A stretch of DNA of 63,977 nucleotides, counting the filler, from Ionaspis alba (taxonomy: Eukaryota), in NCBI GenBank assembly GCA_964255285.1. It is 3 parts of 3 records of this genome, joined end to end, with 100 filler letters (N's around TTAATTAATTAA, not from the genome) between each part and the next. Parts side by side here need not be neighbours in the genome. Positions count along the whole stretch, not along the records: positions 47,048 to 63,977 come from CAXUUL010000331.1; 2 more parts are not named here. The stretch is one strand, 5' to 3'. The position numbers and the translations under genes were made by a program. Every line of letters starts with the position of its first letter. The first letter of the stretch is position 1. Positions 51,565 to 63,744 of this stretch are shown here, piece by piece. The notes under the pieces were generated by a model. That model was not told where the DNA came from, did not search any database, and saw only the letters and a list, made by a program, of their open reading frames with translations.

Positions 51565-53174
51565 CTAGAACCGATACTGCGTTGGCCTTCTCCCATCATC
51601 CTCGTCCTCCTCTCCCTCCTTCGCTGCTCCATGCATCGTAAGATTGTTTCCCGAGTGCTCTTGCCTCTTCACATAACTCGGCGTCGCCGTATACCCAGGA
51701 TGATACGCGCTCGACTGTGATCCCTCTTGCGGCAGCGACGGCAGCGCCGCGTTGGTCCCGTTGGTCCTCGGCGGTTGTGGTGGTGCTTGGTTGCTGTCGT
51801 CGAAAGGGTTTTCTGCGGACTCTTGCCTCCTCTGCATTCCCAGACGAGGAGGTGGACCAGGAGGTGGAGTCGCTTGCGCCTCCATCATTCGTGATGGCGG
51901 TGGGCCCGGTGGTGGGAAGGGACCTGCTTGGGTGCCGTTGACGGGCCCAGTCGCTGGGCTGGTAGATGGAGCAATGCCGTTTTGATTCTGCTGAGGTGTT
52001 GCACCTCGTGGAGGCAGTCCTGGAGGTGAAGGGGACGCTTGCCCGGTGATCCTTCGCGCCTGCAACACCGCGCGCTGATGTTTCGACATGGCCATTGCGA
52101 GCTGGTCATTGGTCTCAATCAGCGTCAACAGCGTGTCTTCATCTGGCGGCGGACTGTCCGACCCGATATAACCTTGTATTGACCGCGACGCCGATTGGCA
52201 TCGGTCTGCAAATTCTTTGATCAGCTCGTTGCCGAGGATTTCGTTCGGAGGAGTGGATTGCACAACTTGGAGGAGCAATTTGGCGGATGTTTTGGCTTCT
52301 TCGATCCGGGAGGCGAGCTCGTGAGGTGGGGGGAGACCGCGTGGTTTATGAGAGCGGGCGAAGTAGTTTTGTTGTTGATTGGGATTGAAAGGGGGTGCGT
52401 TCATGGGATGTGGCATGGGCTGGCGGCCGATGAGTTGGCTGAGCGCTGGAGTCATGACTGGGGGACTCACAACTGCGGGACCGCCCTTCTTTGCCATCTT
52501 GGCTTTCTCGTTTTGCCACATTGTTATCAGCGGTTGAAGTGTCTCCTCTTGCGACTTTTCTATTTGGAAGGTATCCAGGGTCTCCCGCAATATCTGCTGG
52601 ACACTCATGTCTCGCCCCTCCCGTAAGAGCTCCTTCGTGGTTATTACGAACTTGCCATCCAAGTTTCTTGTAAAGGTTTTGCCTGGGTTATCGGCCAGTA
52701 TTCGTACCAGCATGATAGCATTGTATTGGAGGTACGCTCGTTGGTAGTTGTCTTTAGAGAGAAACTTCCTTATTACGTTTGCGGCTTCTTTCGCCGCGGC
52801 GGGACTCGACTCGGCAGCTTCCACTATGACAGGGAGATGAAGGACTTCTTCGCCCTGGGCGAACAGTCAGCAAGATGCTGGGCTGCTAGACAGGTAGGCA
52901 TAGAATATACCGCATTATTTGGTCCCCCTGATTCGCAGAACAGTCGCTGTGGAGTGTATGAGCATACTAAACAGTATTCCCCAATTCAAAAGACGAGACT
53001 GACCACACCACGAGCCACACTAACTTCTGGTGGTTCTCCATCTACGGCAGTATTATCAGAGGAACCTGGTGTTGCAGTCAGCTACGATGTAAACATAAAC
53101 AACCGGTCGGAGACTTTAACATGGAGGCTTGACTCACTACTGCGCTTAGTCAGAAGTCCAGTGAAACGTTTCAT
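51565..53174 (-). CDS. VHS/ENTH-GAT domain trafficking adaptor (Lsb5/Tom1-like); four introns
   Basis: RLFCESGGPNNA/GEEVLHLPVIVEAAESSPAAAKEAA...QYNAIMLVRILADNPG; GAT region EEAKTSAKLLLQ...LIETNDQL; ENPF (EH-binding NPF) in the Pro-rich tail. Confidence 0.85.
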
Positions 53175-53744
53175 TGCGACTGCTCCTTCAGCGAGGCTCT
53201 TCGGATTGGAAAGACAAACGTTCCAATATACTGAGCCTGAAATATGCCGACTGTTAGAAGGCAGCTCCGGGGTACGGCTCAGCCCTACGACAACGGCGAT
53301 TGTGATAATGCTCCGAGATCTGGGGATGCAGCCGCCCCTGAAGACAAATTGCGGCTAGATATATCCAAGGTTGCACTGCGGGGTGACACAAACCGCAGCA
53401 AACTGCAGTAGGCTCAGATGAATGATATGGTCAAACACTATTTCACGAAAGCTGCCGGCATGCTCTCACAGAAAGATGATATGGGAGCGCCAAGCAATAC
53501 ACTGCACAGCCCCTTTTTGTCTGTTACGGATTCGTCACCCCCAGTCGTAATATTTCATTGATCATGAGTTCTGTCACGGATAATTCCGCCGAGAGAACAT
53601 AAAGATACAGTGATGATGTACCGAGAAAGCCCCAGACTAAAAGGGACAACGACACCTTTAAGTGTAGTGGGGATGTATTAGGATGGATCAATCCTAAACT
53701 GCCGAGAAGTACTTGCACCTCTTTCTTCTTCTTCTTCTCCTCCT

Positions 53745-55809
53745 CTTACCCACCCGTGTCCCACGACAGACTGCGGAACTCTTCAAAAGACAATGCCTCG
53801 GGCACCCAAGGCCGCCCTGCCATCCAATCCATGAAGAGATCTGCCTCAAGCATCTCGCACACACGTCCACTAGATATGTCACGAAGTAAAGCTTCGGGCG
53901 GTCGCCTCAATGGCCAAAAGGCAATGTTATAGAGCCTTGTACTTGATACTGTAACAAGTGATGAGCATACATTAGCAGAGCTGGACTGCTGTCACTTACC
54001 CGAAGGTGCAGGTCTGATCTGCCATCGAGCAACAACAAGATATAGCTCAAAGTCCATTTCAGTCCCGGTCGAGTTGCTAACAGAATCTTTTGGAGCGAAG
54101 CCATCAAGTTTGTGCATATTTCTTACAGGAGGTTCAGCAGATGACTTCCAAGCCGAGCGATAAGCATCCAGTAACATCTCCAATGCACTCAGTTCCCTCG
54201 AAGATCTCTGCTTCTCGGAATCGCATTTTCTCCACGCTTCACATGGTAATCTGTTGCGGGAATCAACGATCCACTGTCTTCGAAGTTGCGGAGCGGACTG
54301 TATCGATTCATGAACATTGAGCGCTTCGGGACAGAAATGACAGTCGAGCACCACATTCACGAGCGCAGGGAATTTTTTCAGGAGAGGACAATGATGCTGA
54401 GGAGCCTCGTTAACAGCATGTGTCTTCGGGGTGTATGTGAAACCTCGCAATGTTTTCGATACAGGCAAAAGCTTCGTAAGGAGCCCGTAGATAGTAATGT
54501 TCAGAGAATTACCTCCCGAAATCTCAACAGCTGTAAGGTTCTTGAACATTGAGCCTGACAACAGATTCAGAATATTGTCATCCACATATGGCCACGGCCG
54601 AAGAGGCTCGTCATCTACGCTCTTCAACAGCACATCAAATTTCCTGCACAAGCCGTCGCGTTGACGTGCTGACCTAGTCTTTGATGAACCGGCAGAAGGA
54701 ATTACGAGCGGCTTTCTGCGCATTTGGCGCTCGAAAGTCTGGAAGGCAATCCAAAGAGCATGCTGCACCCGAGTGTCAGTGCGCTTGAAAGAATGGCAGC
54801 GATCAACAAGACCGAATAAGTCATGGCAAAAGTCGTTCATATGGCCGTGATCGAGGCCGGCAAATTCACGAACCACCAAATGCTCACAAATTTGGGTCAG
54901 AGACGTAAATATATCCCAAGCACTGGCGGTGCCGACTTGAAGAACGACAGCAGGAACTTGCATATAGGGCATACGAGAGACTGATCTTAGGATAGCTGCC
55001 TGGAGCGAGAAGTGTGTTTGAAGATCGTCCTGCTGTTCGCGGAGCCAGACAGCCGAAAGTCTTTTCACTATTTTAGGATTGAGAGCCAAATCGCCGTCCG
55101 GTGCAGGCGTGTTCATCACGAAAATGGGTCCGAAGACACCTGTGCTGATAATATCAAGGACCATACTCCGTCTGGGGCCTTTGACTGAGTACCTCAAATT
55201 CCAGAATGAAACGCCGCCAACTATGGATCTGGCCGCGATAGATACGCATTGATGGTGTAGCATATCCAGCACGAGCCGAATGTTTGGCATATGCCCAGGA
55301 TTTCCGAGGTACATAATCAGACTCTCGCGTGCTATTGAAGGGAAGTCTCTGCAGAGTCTGCGGAGAACATGTCTTGTGCGTGTCCTGAGACGGTATGCTA
55401 GCGCTGCTATATCTGAGAAGTCGATTTCGAGCCTATCTCTTTGGTCTGGGTGCACAATGCGATAAAGTGCCCAAGCATGAAACTTGGAGCATGTGCTTCT
55501 CACAGCGAAGCTGTCCACGATGCGATGGGCGAACGAAATCCTCCCTAGAGCCTCATAGGAGGTTTGGGGTCTTGAGCAGCAACATAGTCCCCGTGAAGCA
55601 GTACTCAGCTCAAAAGCCTTGTCAAGGATAATGTAGAGTAGTTCGGTAGGAAGCAAGTCCAGTCGAGCTCGCGAAGTCAACGGGTCTCTACCTCTATCGC
55701 GAGAAGAAGCTGACATTTGCCGGGCACGGGTTATCACCATTGTTTGCTCGAATTTTCGGCCGCAACTGCAACAGGTAATAGGCGGTGGAACTGATTTGAT
55801 TACTGCCAT
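53745..55809 (-). CDS. Orphan protein with F-box-like N-terminal motif and LRR-like C-terminal region; one intron at about 53949-53999
   Basis: 605-codon ORF; LDLLPTELLYIILD F-box-like motif; FKNLTAVEI / LRGFTY / FPALVNVVL repeats; a GTAAGT..CTAAT..CAG intron opens an in-frame terminal exon ending WDTGG*. Confidence 0.65.
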
Positions 55810-56704
55810 ATTGTAGAAACTCGAGTAGCAGTGATATATCTGGAAACAAGCAGAGATGTGGGGAATTAGTCCTTCGTTCAGGAACCTTTGAATGACTCAT
55901 GACAAGAAAGGCGTTTGACAATTTCGCAATAAATCTTTGCTCTGCCTATCTACTAATAACAGGAACCACCGTTGCCTGAAAAGGAGGGAAACACAGGGAA
56001 CACTCGCCGTAATAGCAAGCGACTCCTGCATCAAGGAGATCCACTTTCATCATGTAAGGAGAGAATTGAACTCGGCGGTGTCGAGGGAGGGAGCGGCAAG
56101 GGGCAAGGGGCCGGATCGGTACGGAAGTAGTTTAGGCCGAATAGATACTTAGTACCTTCTTTGTAGTTGACAAATCAGCGGTATCGACGCTAGCCTCTCA
56201 TTCCTGCGCGGCAACTTGACCCAAGCGGCTAAGGCGCTTGGATTCGGCATCAAACTTGGGTTTACACATTCAACATGAGAACAAAGCGGGAGGTCTCTCC
56301 ACAGTCCCGTCCAACTAGGAATCACGCATCTTGTGTCTTGTCTTGCTACCAATTCAATCTCGTCGATTCGTTTGATATAGCATAAGTACAAAGGTGTGGA
56401 CTTCCTAGAAATATGTTCTCAAGGTAAATTAAAACTTCTGTGCTTTTCATTCGTTTCGACTTATCATTATTGACCGATATTTCGGTTATATTCTGTGCGC
56501 CATTAGCTATCAACGAAAGTCATATTGCAACTAGGCAAGATTTTGTCACATTTGTTTACGTATGATGGCACCGTGGAACCCAAGGGTCCTGCAACGTTTG
56601 AAAGTCCGGCTTTCAATTGATCTTCGCAGTCTACAGACCCGGATCTGACTACATGGTCCATGTCTATCACTCCATTACCCAAGACACCATCAACCTTTCC
56701 CATT

Positions 56705-57601
56705 CTACTGGCCTCCTATGATTTGTTCAACAAGCTCTTTCAACTCCGCGAAAATCTCTTCTTTAGGACGCTCACAGTCGATCTAGCGTATCGTCAATAT
56801 TGTTTGCGTGCCTATTTTCTCTAAGCACTTGCCTTTACAAATTTCCCCTTTGTGCGCAGATGCTCCATGACTGCCGGACTATTGTCCATGAATCTGTCCT
56901 CCCTTTTCCAAAAGCCTTCTTCTGTATCCTTTGCTCTCCCCGAGGTCTTTCCACGTATCAAGACCCGTTTCAGCCGGGTCTCCGGAGAGCAGCAAAAGTA
57001 CAGAGTTGTTGTTTCTTCAGAACGAACCTGCGCTCACGATCAGTATGCAAATAGAAATCCCGAAGGTTCCGAAATTACCTCGCCCTCGAACGCCTGGATC
57101 TGAGCCATGTACCTGGGGAATCCGTCGATCAAGACGCATGACTTCCCCTGGTGCAGACTTGCAGCGATATGCTCTTTCAAGATAGGGAGAGTGATGTCGT
57201 TGGGGATCATGGTACCGCCATTCATGCAAGATCTCGCCGATTTGCCATGTGGCTCGTCAGGAAGCTTTCGGACCAGATCGCCGAGAGGAATGTGCGTGAA
57301 GTTGAGAACTTTCGATAGTTCGTTGCACTGAGTGCCTTTACCAGCACCGGCTCCCCCTGTTGTGCGAGTTACTATAGGTACTATGGGTCAAGATTCGCCC
57401 TCGTTCAAACTTACCAATCACAAACACGATCCGCGGTTCGAGTTCTTTATGCACACTCTGTCTGCCTCGATCCTCTGACGACGAATCTGCCACAGCCTCC
57501 TCTCCAGGTCTGCTGACAGCGACTCCGTCGACTGTCTCCAGGGCATCCTCCGCCAGAGAGGAGCTACCCTGCGTCTCCGCTTCTGCTCTTGGACCAGCCA
57601 T
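56705..57601 (-). CDS. Divergent UMP-CMP/adenylate kinase family protein (Ura6-like); three introns, the last GC-AG (56783-56832)
   Basis: IVFVIG/GAGAGKGTQC P-loop, HIPLGDLVRK, LIDGFPR, RGKTSGRAKD LID, VK/IDCERPKEEIF. Confidence 0.85.
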
Positions 57602-57934
57602 ACTTGATTTATTGGTTGTGAGAAAAGGAGAGAAAGAATGATATCCAGTATCATACAGACAGATATGAAGGGAGTACCAGACTCAAAAGATGAAGTGGAA
57701 TCGCACCTGTCCTTCTGCATGGCCACAGAAGGGGTTCTTATAGCTTTCCTCCATGGCCAATGTGCGTCAAAGGGAAGATCGGAGAACATCTCGTCACTTC
57801 TATGGACCCTATGGTCTTTGAAATCCCACTCCCAATAGATCTTTCTCGTTGTTTGCAGTCCAGTTTCGGCGGTTCAAGTGTATTGTGGTAAACAAAGTAT
57901 CAGGCTCATAATGCCCTGTATCGTTTCATGTTGT

Positions 57935-58144
57935 ATGACTTTTGTGTGCCCGACCTCTGACAATGTTCTCGGGCTTTCGATTGATTATTNNNNNNNNNNN
58001 NNNNNNNNNNNNNNNNNNNNNNNNNNNNNNNNNNNNNNNNNNNNNNNNNNNNNNNNNNNNNNNNNNNNNNNNNNNNNNNNNNNNNNNNNATGACTTTTGT
58101 GTGCCCGACCTCTGACAATGTTCTCGGGCTTTCGATTGATTATT
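57935..58144. other. Assembly gap (100 N) with 55-nt duplicated flanks
   Basis: 57935-57989 identical to 58090-58144. Confidence 0.9.
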
Positions 58145-58580
58145 CCATGTCCGAGCTTAGTAAATCAGAAAACAAAGAGTTGCGTCTCGCTCCCGAGACG
58201 GGCAAACGCAATAGTGTTCAACAGGAATGGTCTCTAGTAACCAAATCCTTTATTTGTAGATAATCATCCAAAGCGAGGCCCAGCCCGAGAAAGTGGTTGT
58301 GCTTGCAGAAAATTGCAGCTCACATTTTTTCAATCGAACATTGGTCTACATCAAACGTTCAGGACAAGGGCGTGAATCTTTGAAGACAAGATGGCATTCT
58401 CCAGCTTACAACGATTGATTCACCTTCAATCGGGTGTTGGCTGCCTATACACAGCTCTTCCTTTAGATACCGGAATTCAGGTCTTTTACAGATTCTGCCA
58501 ACGCCAAGGCTCAATGCAGCAGCATGCCTCTCCACCTACCGATAAGTATAGACTGTAATGATAATTTATCCCCTTCAGTA

Positions 58581-60180
58581 TTACTCTTCGTCCTCCTCGT
58601 CATCTTCAGCGATTGGTTCCACGATTAAGCTTCCACTCTTGCCAATCCTCTCTCCTACGGTCCCTCCACTCTCCAAATCGTAAACGATCCTGGGCATCGG
58701 GGCCACCAAGTGGAAAGCATAGACATGTTCATATCCCTCTGGTTTCTCTGTCTTTCTCTCGTCACCTGGTGTCGACAGGATATCAAAGCACTCCACCAAA
58801 GCATAAACCTCCTCCAGATCCGCCCCGGCTGCGAACTTTCTCACAACCCGTTCTCCACTAACCAACCGAATACTGACCCTCGTCGTATCCTTCGCCTCCA
58901 CCCCGGGCTCAGGCTTCAGTTGCCCGGCCCGCCACCTCTTCCAGGCTTCTAGCTTCCTAGCAGCATCCTCTTCCCTCTCCACTCGCGCCCTCTCTTCTTT
59001 CTCTGCTCTCGCCCGCTCGGCCTCCGCTTCTCGCCGTTGCCTTAATCGCTCCCTATCCTGCGCCAGGGACCGCTCATATGCAGAGTTCTGCTCTTGCCGT
59101 ATATTACGAGATGCCAATTGTTCCGCTCGTGTGGAACGGATACGCTCGAGCTGGGGATTGTATTTGAAAATCGCAGCTTGCAGCTGTGCGAGGAAGGCGG
59201 AGGGCGGAAGCAGTCCAGAGAGCCGCGCGATGGTCGACATCGAGGTCGAAGAGTCGTTCGGTGTTTGTGCTATCAGTGCTGCAAAAGGGAATTTGGTGCA
59301 ATCGAGAGAGGAGGCGACTTGATAGGCTTCGGAGTCCTGAACTGTGCCTGCCCAGAGGATGATATTTTTTTGAGGATTGCTGAGATAGCTTTGGGTCTCT
59401 GGGGATAGGAGAGTGCCGCGGATGAAAGTGGACGTATCATCGTGCTCAGGGGAGATGAGTACCGCCAGTAAAAACTTGGTATGGTTCTTCGCAGCATCCC
59501 ACGCGCTGGCATAACTTCCTTCGTGGAAAGGGAGGGTATGCTCGCCATATTCTTCCTCAAACTCACGGATAAAGCGGGCGGCAGTGTCGCGGCCTGATAG
59601 CGGCCGGCGGCCGGAAGTGTCGTGCCTCCTCCGGGGCCCGGATGTGGTCGAGTTGAGACGAGAAATGGTGCGTGGCAGGAATGGGAAGAGGTAGGCGAAG
59701 AGGTTGAAGGAGCTAGAGAGGAGACGGTAGAGCAGATTGAACGGTGTTAGGAGGACTTGGACAAGGAGAGGTGGTTTGTAGCGCATTCGGTCTTCGGGTT
59801 GCGGTACTATACGAGGTGCCGGTACGTGATTAGATGATCTGCTTGTGCGAGAGAAATTCAGGGAGTCATCGAGGAGGGTTTCACGGTAGGCGGTATGTTG
59901 GGGGGCCGGAGCATTCAGCGCGGCTCGAGCTTCCTCGACAGGATCTGGGGCTTCTCCGTCGAAGAACTTGGCTATAGCGATCTACGCGTCAGGTTAACTC
60001 TGGGCAGCTTCACAGATATTGGCTTCGAGGAGTAATTCTACCCACCTCGACATTCCACTGAGATCGTCGAAGCAGAGAAATAGCTGCAGATGGCTCTTGA
60101 TTTGTGACAGATGTGTACATCTGTAGTGCTGCTCGTTGTGAGTCGTTCAGACTTTCGGTATCCATGTCTGTCTCTGACAT
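58581..60180 (-). CDS. UBA-UAS-UBX Cdc48 adaptor (FAF2/Ucp10-like); one intron
   Basis: UBA-like ALQMYTSVTNQE..AISLLRRSQWNVE/IAIAKFFDG; hydrophobic hairpin; UAS (KFLLAVLISPEHDD...CTKFPF); RQEQNSAYERSLAQDRER; UBX (RVSIRLVSGERVVRKF...PMPR). Confidence 0.9.
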
Positions 60181-60702
60181 TTTGAACAATAGAGAAGCAC
60201 AGCAGTAGAGAAAGATGTTAGGTGATGCTCAAAGCCTTGAGGGAAGAGGGTCCCTGGACGGTAATGAAAGTGGATACCGAGATGCATGCACAGAGGCAGC
60301 CTTACCCGTACCTGGTCCTCGGGCGGCTTGGTCCGGCCAAAATCAAGCACCCGGGGGCAACCAGTCAGTCCCGTACCAGACTTTGGACACAGATCCCCAC
60401 CACTCCCCACACTCCACTTGCTACTTATTGTCTGAGTTCAGCGTCTTTCCAACTTTCTTCCTTCCTTCCTACTCTCATTCATAGTCTGATTCTTGCGTGA
60501 CTGGCTTTGTACAGTATTGTTTTGGGCTTCGTATTAATATGCCGTGAACACATATCAATCTCATCACCAATATCAAGTCCGTGAGCTGCCCCAAATCCTA
60601 TCGTTCTTTGTCGCTCTTCTTTGTCTTTCCCCCTGCTGACCGACGTAGTTACACCAGAAGCCCGATGGACTTGCTGTGACAAAACGCTCCGAGTCAGTGG
60701 CG

Positions 60703-63700
60703 ATGACCACGCGAGGAACCACGGACGATGTGCGGCGGGCCGCACTCTCCCCCAAGCCTAAGGGACGCGGTAAGTTGCCTCGAATACCACGGCCGCTTCA
60801 TCAATGTCGAAACCTCAATTGGACTCAAGCTTGGCGGAAGGCTCATGGAATGGTGTGAAACAGAGAATGCGAAGGATACGCTCTGCCGGAACGTGACCAT
60901 TTATGGTCATTGCCGGTACAAGGATTCAGGTAGTCTACCTCGCAGATTAGAATTATGGGGTCAATTCTGACAAGAATTAAAGGCTGTGCATTCAACCATG
61001 ATCCTGTCAAACCTCATGCGGCTCCACCTGCGGAAATGTGAGCTTCTCTAACTTGACTATGAACATGGAGTTCTCCGCTTACAAGACGTCTGTTTGATCA
61101 AAGTGTGAAGAAGCGCCTCAATGTAGATTCTCCAAGCTTTACGCCATCGCTCGCCGTGAACAGTGCACCGACAAAGGTTGGCGGGCTCTCCCCAAAGGCA
61201 GCAAGTGCCGCTCCATTTAAGCCTAAGGGCATTGGTTCAAGTATTGCGCGCTTTTATTGACCTGTGAGCAACGGATACTGATTCTTGTGATAACAGACGT
61301 CGAGGCACCATTTCAGAAGAAACAATACAACCCGGCCGCTCCTGACTGGGCAATGGGACCTGCCCAGGAAATTCCAGAGTTCCTTCCTCACTCTCAAAGC
61401 ACAACTCCTGCCATTGTAAGTCTCACATTTATATCTTCATAACATTGCACTATCTATCGGAATGGAGACGGACCCCAGAAGAGAACATCCATGGATTTCC
61501 TCAATATCAGAACTCAATTCCGTTCTCCCGAACGCTTGGACTCGTCCTCCAACGATGGTTCTAGCTCCGCCACTCCTATGTCCGTACAGTCCCAGCAAAG
61601 GCATCGTGGGCCCCTCCATGCGGCGAGCCGCCCTGTACGCGAACCCTCGGCCATGACGCCACTCCAATCTGACAAACCATCTACATGTCCAAGAGAAACC
61701 CTGGTCGTCATCAGACTGCCAAATTCTGCTGGGAGACGGAAATCCGTGAGCAAGGTGCTCAACAGTGCTAAGTCTCTCAGTATCGAGGCTACACCATTTG
61801 TTCCTGTACCTTCACAGCCAATGATACGCCCTGTACGCCGCAATCTCAGTGCCGATGCTATTCCTTTCCGACCAATGAACTCAAGTCCTGGCCCTTGCTC
61901 CACATTTCGTGATATATCGCAAGTCCGTGGTTACTCGAGTCCTCCAGGCTCGCGCGCCTCATCTTCTGCAAATTCCCTGAGATGTCCACACCCGGAACAT
62001 TGCAGCGATCCTGGCCGAAGATTCACACCCAGTAATGGACTACCACCTACATCACTTCGGCCACCTCGTTTTCCTGACATGGGAGGAGAATTTCGCTCAC
62101 ATCTTGCACAGAATGAACCCAACGGTAGCCTTACGCATGGTCTCTACGATCCATACGTTACCAATACTACCACGCTGGCAAATCCTGCACTAGGCACACA
62201 TCAGGCATCCATAAATCCTTATGCTCAAGATACGAATACTACCGGAGGTGCTGCATACTACCAAACTCCTTCCTACGCTCAACCGATCCAGTATCATCTT
62301 TACTCTTCTCTCGGACCGCACAGGGAAAATCTATTACCTTATCAACGAACAGCTCATGACTTCTTCATACCTGATGGGCTTCGTGAAGAATTGCAGCGCA
62401 AGTCTGCAGCTACATTACAAACTTTACCCAGTACGTACTCGTTCGTTACGACGCCCTATATGCCTTTTATGACTAATGGTACTAACACATCCAGACTCTA
62501 CATTGCCTCCACAGATAGAACACTTTCACTCTCTCGTACCATTAGACACAACGAATCAGAAGAACGCAGCTCTTTTTGGATATCCTAGCTGGATCTACAA
62601 GGCTGTTTCTAGTAAGGACGGACATACGTACGCCCTGAGGAGACTGGAAGGTTATAAATCCATTTCACTCCTACGACTGGATCTCTGATGCTGACTCGGA
62701 CATATAGGCTATCGGCTTACTAATGAGAAAGCCATTCGGTCTGCTCAGAGCTGGAAACGCATCAGTAACAGTAACATTGTTACCTTCATTGATGCTTTCA
62801 CCAATCGAAGTTTCGGGGACAGCTCGTTAATGTTCGTCACTGATTATCATCCCCTCTCGAAAACTCTGGCAGAGGTTCATCTCACTTCTTCTCGTTTCAA
62901 CGGGAATACTCGTAATCAAGCTGCGCATGTGACCGAGCAGGTTCTGTGGAGCTATATTGTCCAAATATCTAATGCCCTCAAAACAATTCACGGAGCTGGC
63001 CTTGCGGCGAGAATCCTCGAACCCAGCAAAATTTTGCTCACAAGCAAGAATCGTATTCGCCTTAATGCCTGTGCAATTCTCGACGTTGTGCAGCACGAAA
63101 TTTCGAAGTCACTGATTGACCTCCAACGAGAGGACCTTCTCCACTTCGGCCACTTGATCTTATCCATCGGGACCAACAACACCTCTGCCATCCACAACCT
63201 CCCCAAGTCCACCGACCAATTCAGCCGTTCCTACTCGCCCCAGCTCAAAGACCGCCTCTTCTATCTCCTCAGCATGATCGACACCACCAAAACCGCCAGC
63301 ATCGACAAATTTATCAATGGCCTCGATTCCCACCTCATGACTGCCTTCGACGCCTCTCTTCATGCTGATGATCAGCTCACCTCGGATCTCAACCGTGAAC
63401 TCGAAAATTCCCGTATCGTCCGCCTCATGACCAAGCTCAACTTTATTACTGAGAGGCCCGAAAATGGCCAGCAGTGGTCAGAAACGGGAGAGCGGTACCC
63501 GATCAAGCTCTTCCGGGACTATGTCTTCCACCAAGTTGATGCACAAGGGAATCCGGTTCTTGATTTAGGACATGTGATCTCTTGTATCAATAAGTTGGAC
63601 GCCGGGAGTGAAGAAAAGATCGTGCTTACTACTCGAGATGAGCAGATCTGTATTGTGGTCTCGTTCCGTGAGATGAAGAGGGCAGTTGAAGGTGCGTATG

Positions 63701-63744
63701 GGGATTTGGTCAAGGCTGCTAGAAGCGGTGGGAGGGGCGTCTGA
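60703..63744 (+). CDS. PAN3: PAN2-PAN3 deadenylase subunit Pan3 (CCCH finger, PAM2, pseudokinase, C-terminal knob); seven introns
   Basis: CRNVTIYGHCRYKDSG/CAFNHDP, RLNVDSPSFTP, QYHLYSSLGPH, FHSLVPLD, YALRRLEG, VTDYHPLSKTL, WSETGERY..KLFRDYVFHQVD. Confidence 0.97.

Noticed and set aside
56503..56703. 66-aa ORF starting 1 nt after the NMP kinase stop, as a coupled or frameshifted extension
   Set aside because: The kinase domain is already complete and the peptide has no recognisable motif
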